Made by a program: the position numbers and the translations under genes. From an uncultured virus (IMG/VR IMGVR_UViG_2568526633_000001) (Duplodnaviria; Heunggongvirae; Uroviricota; Caudoviricetes), in the IMG/VR virus record IMGVR_UViG_2568526633_000001: a stretch of DNA of 20,000 nt; one strand, given 5' to 3'. The notes under the pieces were generated by a model. It did not search any database, was not told where the DNA came from, and saw only the letters and a list, made by a program, of their open reading frames with translations. Shown piece by piece: positions 17,836-20,000 of this stretch. The stretch's first letter is position 1; the number at the start of each line of letters is the position of its first letter.

Positions 17836-18757
17836 AGGGGGGATGTTTGTTCAATCAGAAAAATTTGTGGAAAATCATCAAGGGAAAATTGGCGATATTT
17901 CTGTTTATGGTCAAGAATTTAATCCAACTACATGGCAATTATGTAAAATGAATCTTGCAATTAGAGGAATTGACGGAAATATTGGCACACATAATGCTGA
18001 TACATTCCAAAATGACCTTCACAAAGGATTAAGAGCAGACTATATTTTAGCTAATCCACCCTTCAATATCAGTGACTGGGGGCAAGAAAAGCTATTAGAA
18101 GATTCTCGTTGGAAATACGGCCTACCACCAAAAAATAATGCAAATTATGCTTGGATTCAACACATTATATCTAAATTGGCACCAGAAGGAACGGCGGGCT
18201 TTGTATTAGCGAATGGAAGTATGTCTACATCAACAAAAAATGAATATGAAATTCGTAAAAATCTAATCGAGAACGATTTAGTAGAATGTATCGTGACCTT
18301 GCCAAGTCAAATGTTTTATAACACTCAAATTCCCGCATGTTTATGGTTTGTCACAAAATCTAAAGCTAAAAAAAATGAACGTAATCATCAAGGAGAGATT
18401 TTATTTATTGATGCTAGAAATGAAGGTTACATGGCTGATAGGACAACAAAAACTTTTAGTAAAAATGATATCAAAAAAATAGCAGATACTTATCATGATT
18501 GGAAAGGGACAAACGACAAAGAATATGTTGATGTAGCAGGATTTTGTTCATCAGCTTCATTAGATACAGTTAAGGAACAAGACTATATTTTGACTCCTGG
18601 TCGTTATGTAGGTTTAGAAGATGAAATAGAGGATTCTGAGCTGTTTGAAGAAAAAATGGAACGATTAACAACATTGTTATCAGAACAATTTATCCAATCT
18701 CATCAATTAGAAGAAGATATCCGAAAAGCACTTGGAGGGATTGGGTATGAAATATAA
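17819..18757 (+). pseudogene. hsdM: Type I R-M methyltransferase subunit, 3' fragment (5' part separated by the insertion)
   Basis: Begins at motif I DPCCGAGGMFVQS, has motif IV ANPPFN and C-terminal LTPGRYVG; lacks the N-terminal ~200 aa typical of HsdM. Confidence 0.9.
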
Positions 18758-20000
18758 ACAGGTCAAATTAAAAGATGTAATTTTTTTCAATCCTAAGGAA
18801 ACTATAAAAAAAAATCAGTTAACCAAGAAAATCCCGATGGATGCGTTAATACCTTTTACAAGAAAAGTTGGATATTATGAAGTTAAAGAGTTCAGTAGTG
18901 GAACAAAATTTAGAAATAATGATATTCTTATGGCTCGAATTACTCCATGTTTAGAAAATGGTAAAACTGCGTATGTTGATATCCTAAATGAAGATGAGGT
19001 TGCATTTGGTTCAACAGAATACTTTGTATTACGTGCAAATGAGAATTATATACTTCCCAAATATTTATATTATCTTTCCATATCAGATGGGCTAAGAAAT
19101 ATTGTTATTAAATCAATGACAGGGACTTCTGGAAGGCAACGTGCTCAAAAAGAGGCTGTTTTAGATTTTGAAATTGAATTACCATCAATATCTATTCAAA
19201 AAAAAGTATTATCCATTTTAGATTCAATTGATTCCAAAATAGAACTAAATAATCAAATTATTTCTAATCTTGAAGAACTAGCATCTACATTGTTCAAACG
19301 ATGGTTTGTTGATTTTGAATTTCCGGATGAAAATGGAAATCCATATAAATCAAGTGGTGGAAAGATGGATGATAGTGAATTTGGTGAGATTCCTGAATGT
19401 TTTCAGGTTAAGAAATTGTCTGATATTGCAGATGTTATAGGAGGGGGAACCCCTTCTAAAAAAGTTAAAGAGTATTTTGAAGATGGAAATATTTCATGGA
19501 TAACACCTAAAGACTTATCTATTAACAAAAATATTTTTATAGATAGAGGTAAGACTTCAATAACTAGATTGGGGTTAAACAAAAGTAGTGCCAAATTACT
19601 TCCCAAAAATTCAATTCTCTTTAGCTCGAGAGCCCCAATCGGTTATACGGCAATTTCTAAAAATGAATTAGCAACTAATCAAGGATTTAAATCTTTAATA
19701 GCTTTAGATGGCATACCTTATCAGTTTATCTTTCATTTTATAAGAAACAATGTTTCAAAATTTGAAAGTATTGCGACAGGTTCAACTTTTAAAGAAGTTT
19801 CAGGGACTGCTGTAAAAAATTTCAAAATTGTTTTACCAACCGAAGAAGTATTGCAAAATTATGCTGACGTAACTAGTCCTTTATTTAAGAAAATTAAAAT
19901 AGTTGAGGAAGAGAACAACATATTAACAGAATTAAGAGACTCATTGTTACCTAAACTACTATTTGGTGAAATAGAACTACCAGAAGATGAGGGGGTGTGA
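18747..20000 (+). CDS. hsdS: Type I R-M specificity subunit
   Basis: Two TRDs (ARITPCLENGK...GSTE; GGGTPS...FSSRAPIGY...NQGFKS), central LFKRWFVDF spacer, C-terminal LRDSLLPKL; overlaps the hsdM stop; RBS GGAGGG. Confidence 0.93.
   Translation: MKYKQVKLKDVIFFNPKETIKKNQLTKKIPMDALIPFTRKVGYYEVKEFSSGTKFRNNDILMARITPCLENGKTAYVDILNEDEVAFGSTEYFVLRANENYILPKYLYYLSISDGLRNIVIKSMTGTSGRQRAQKEAVLDFEIELPSISIQKKVLSILDSIDSKIELNNQIISNLEELASTLFKRWFVDFEFPDENGNPYKSSGGKMDDSEFGEIPECFQVKKLSDIADVIGGGTPSKKVKEYFEDGNISWITPKDLSINKNIFIDRGKTSITRLGLNKSSAKLLPKNSILFSSRAPIGYTAISKNELATNQGFKSLIALDGIPYQFIFHFIRNNVSKFESIATGSTFKEVSGTAVKNFKIVLPTEEVLQNYADVTSPLFKKIKIVEEENNILTELRDSLLPKLLFGEIELPEDEGV

Noticed and set aside
17843..18757. 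Intact 304-aa standalone methyltransferase from ATG 17843
   Set aside because: That start omits motif I (DPCCGAGG) and the N-terminal domain, so it is unlikely to be functional.
18747..20000. hsdS shufflon driven by the recombinases
   Set aside because: Only one hsdS and no inverted repeats or silent TRDs visible here; the recombinases are integrase-type and lie within the prophage.

Overview
Right-hand end of a siphovirus-type prophage in a low-GC Gram-positive host (Lactobacillales-like, inferred). All real genes are on the + strand. Order: tail assembly chaperone with a programmed -1 frameshift, DUF1643-like moron, tape-measure gene broken by a 1-nt deletion and a nonsense codon, a hydrophobic moron, Dit, a large Tal/receptor-binding protein, two small genes, holin and amidase lysin. 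Next comes an integration module (HTH-zinc-finger gene, small helical gene, two tandem large serine recombinases), then an independently promoted cargo operon encoding a GmrSD-like type IV restriction enzyme (DUF262-DUF1524-DUF4357) and a YjcQ-like protein. After a terminator and a ~20-bp tandem repeat array, the element ends at ~17818, where the sequence switches abruptly into the SAM-binding motif of a type I restriction-modification hsdM gene, followed by an intact hsdS. The best candidate for a novel system is a probably defective prophage that splits the host type I methyltransferase while supplying a modification-dependent nuclease next to the junction, using a two-recombinase module and a repeat-flanked att site. 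Family assignments come from motif recognition by eye; no database searches were run.
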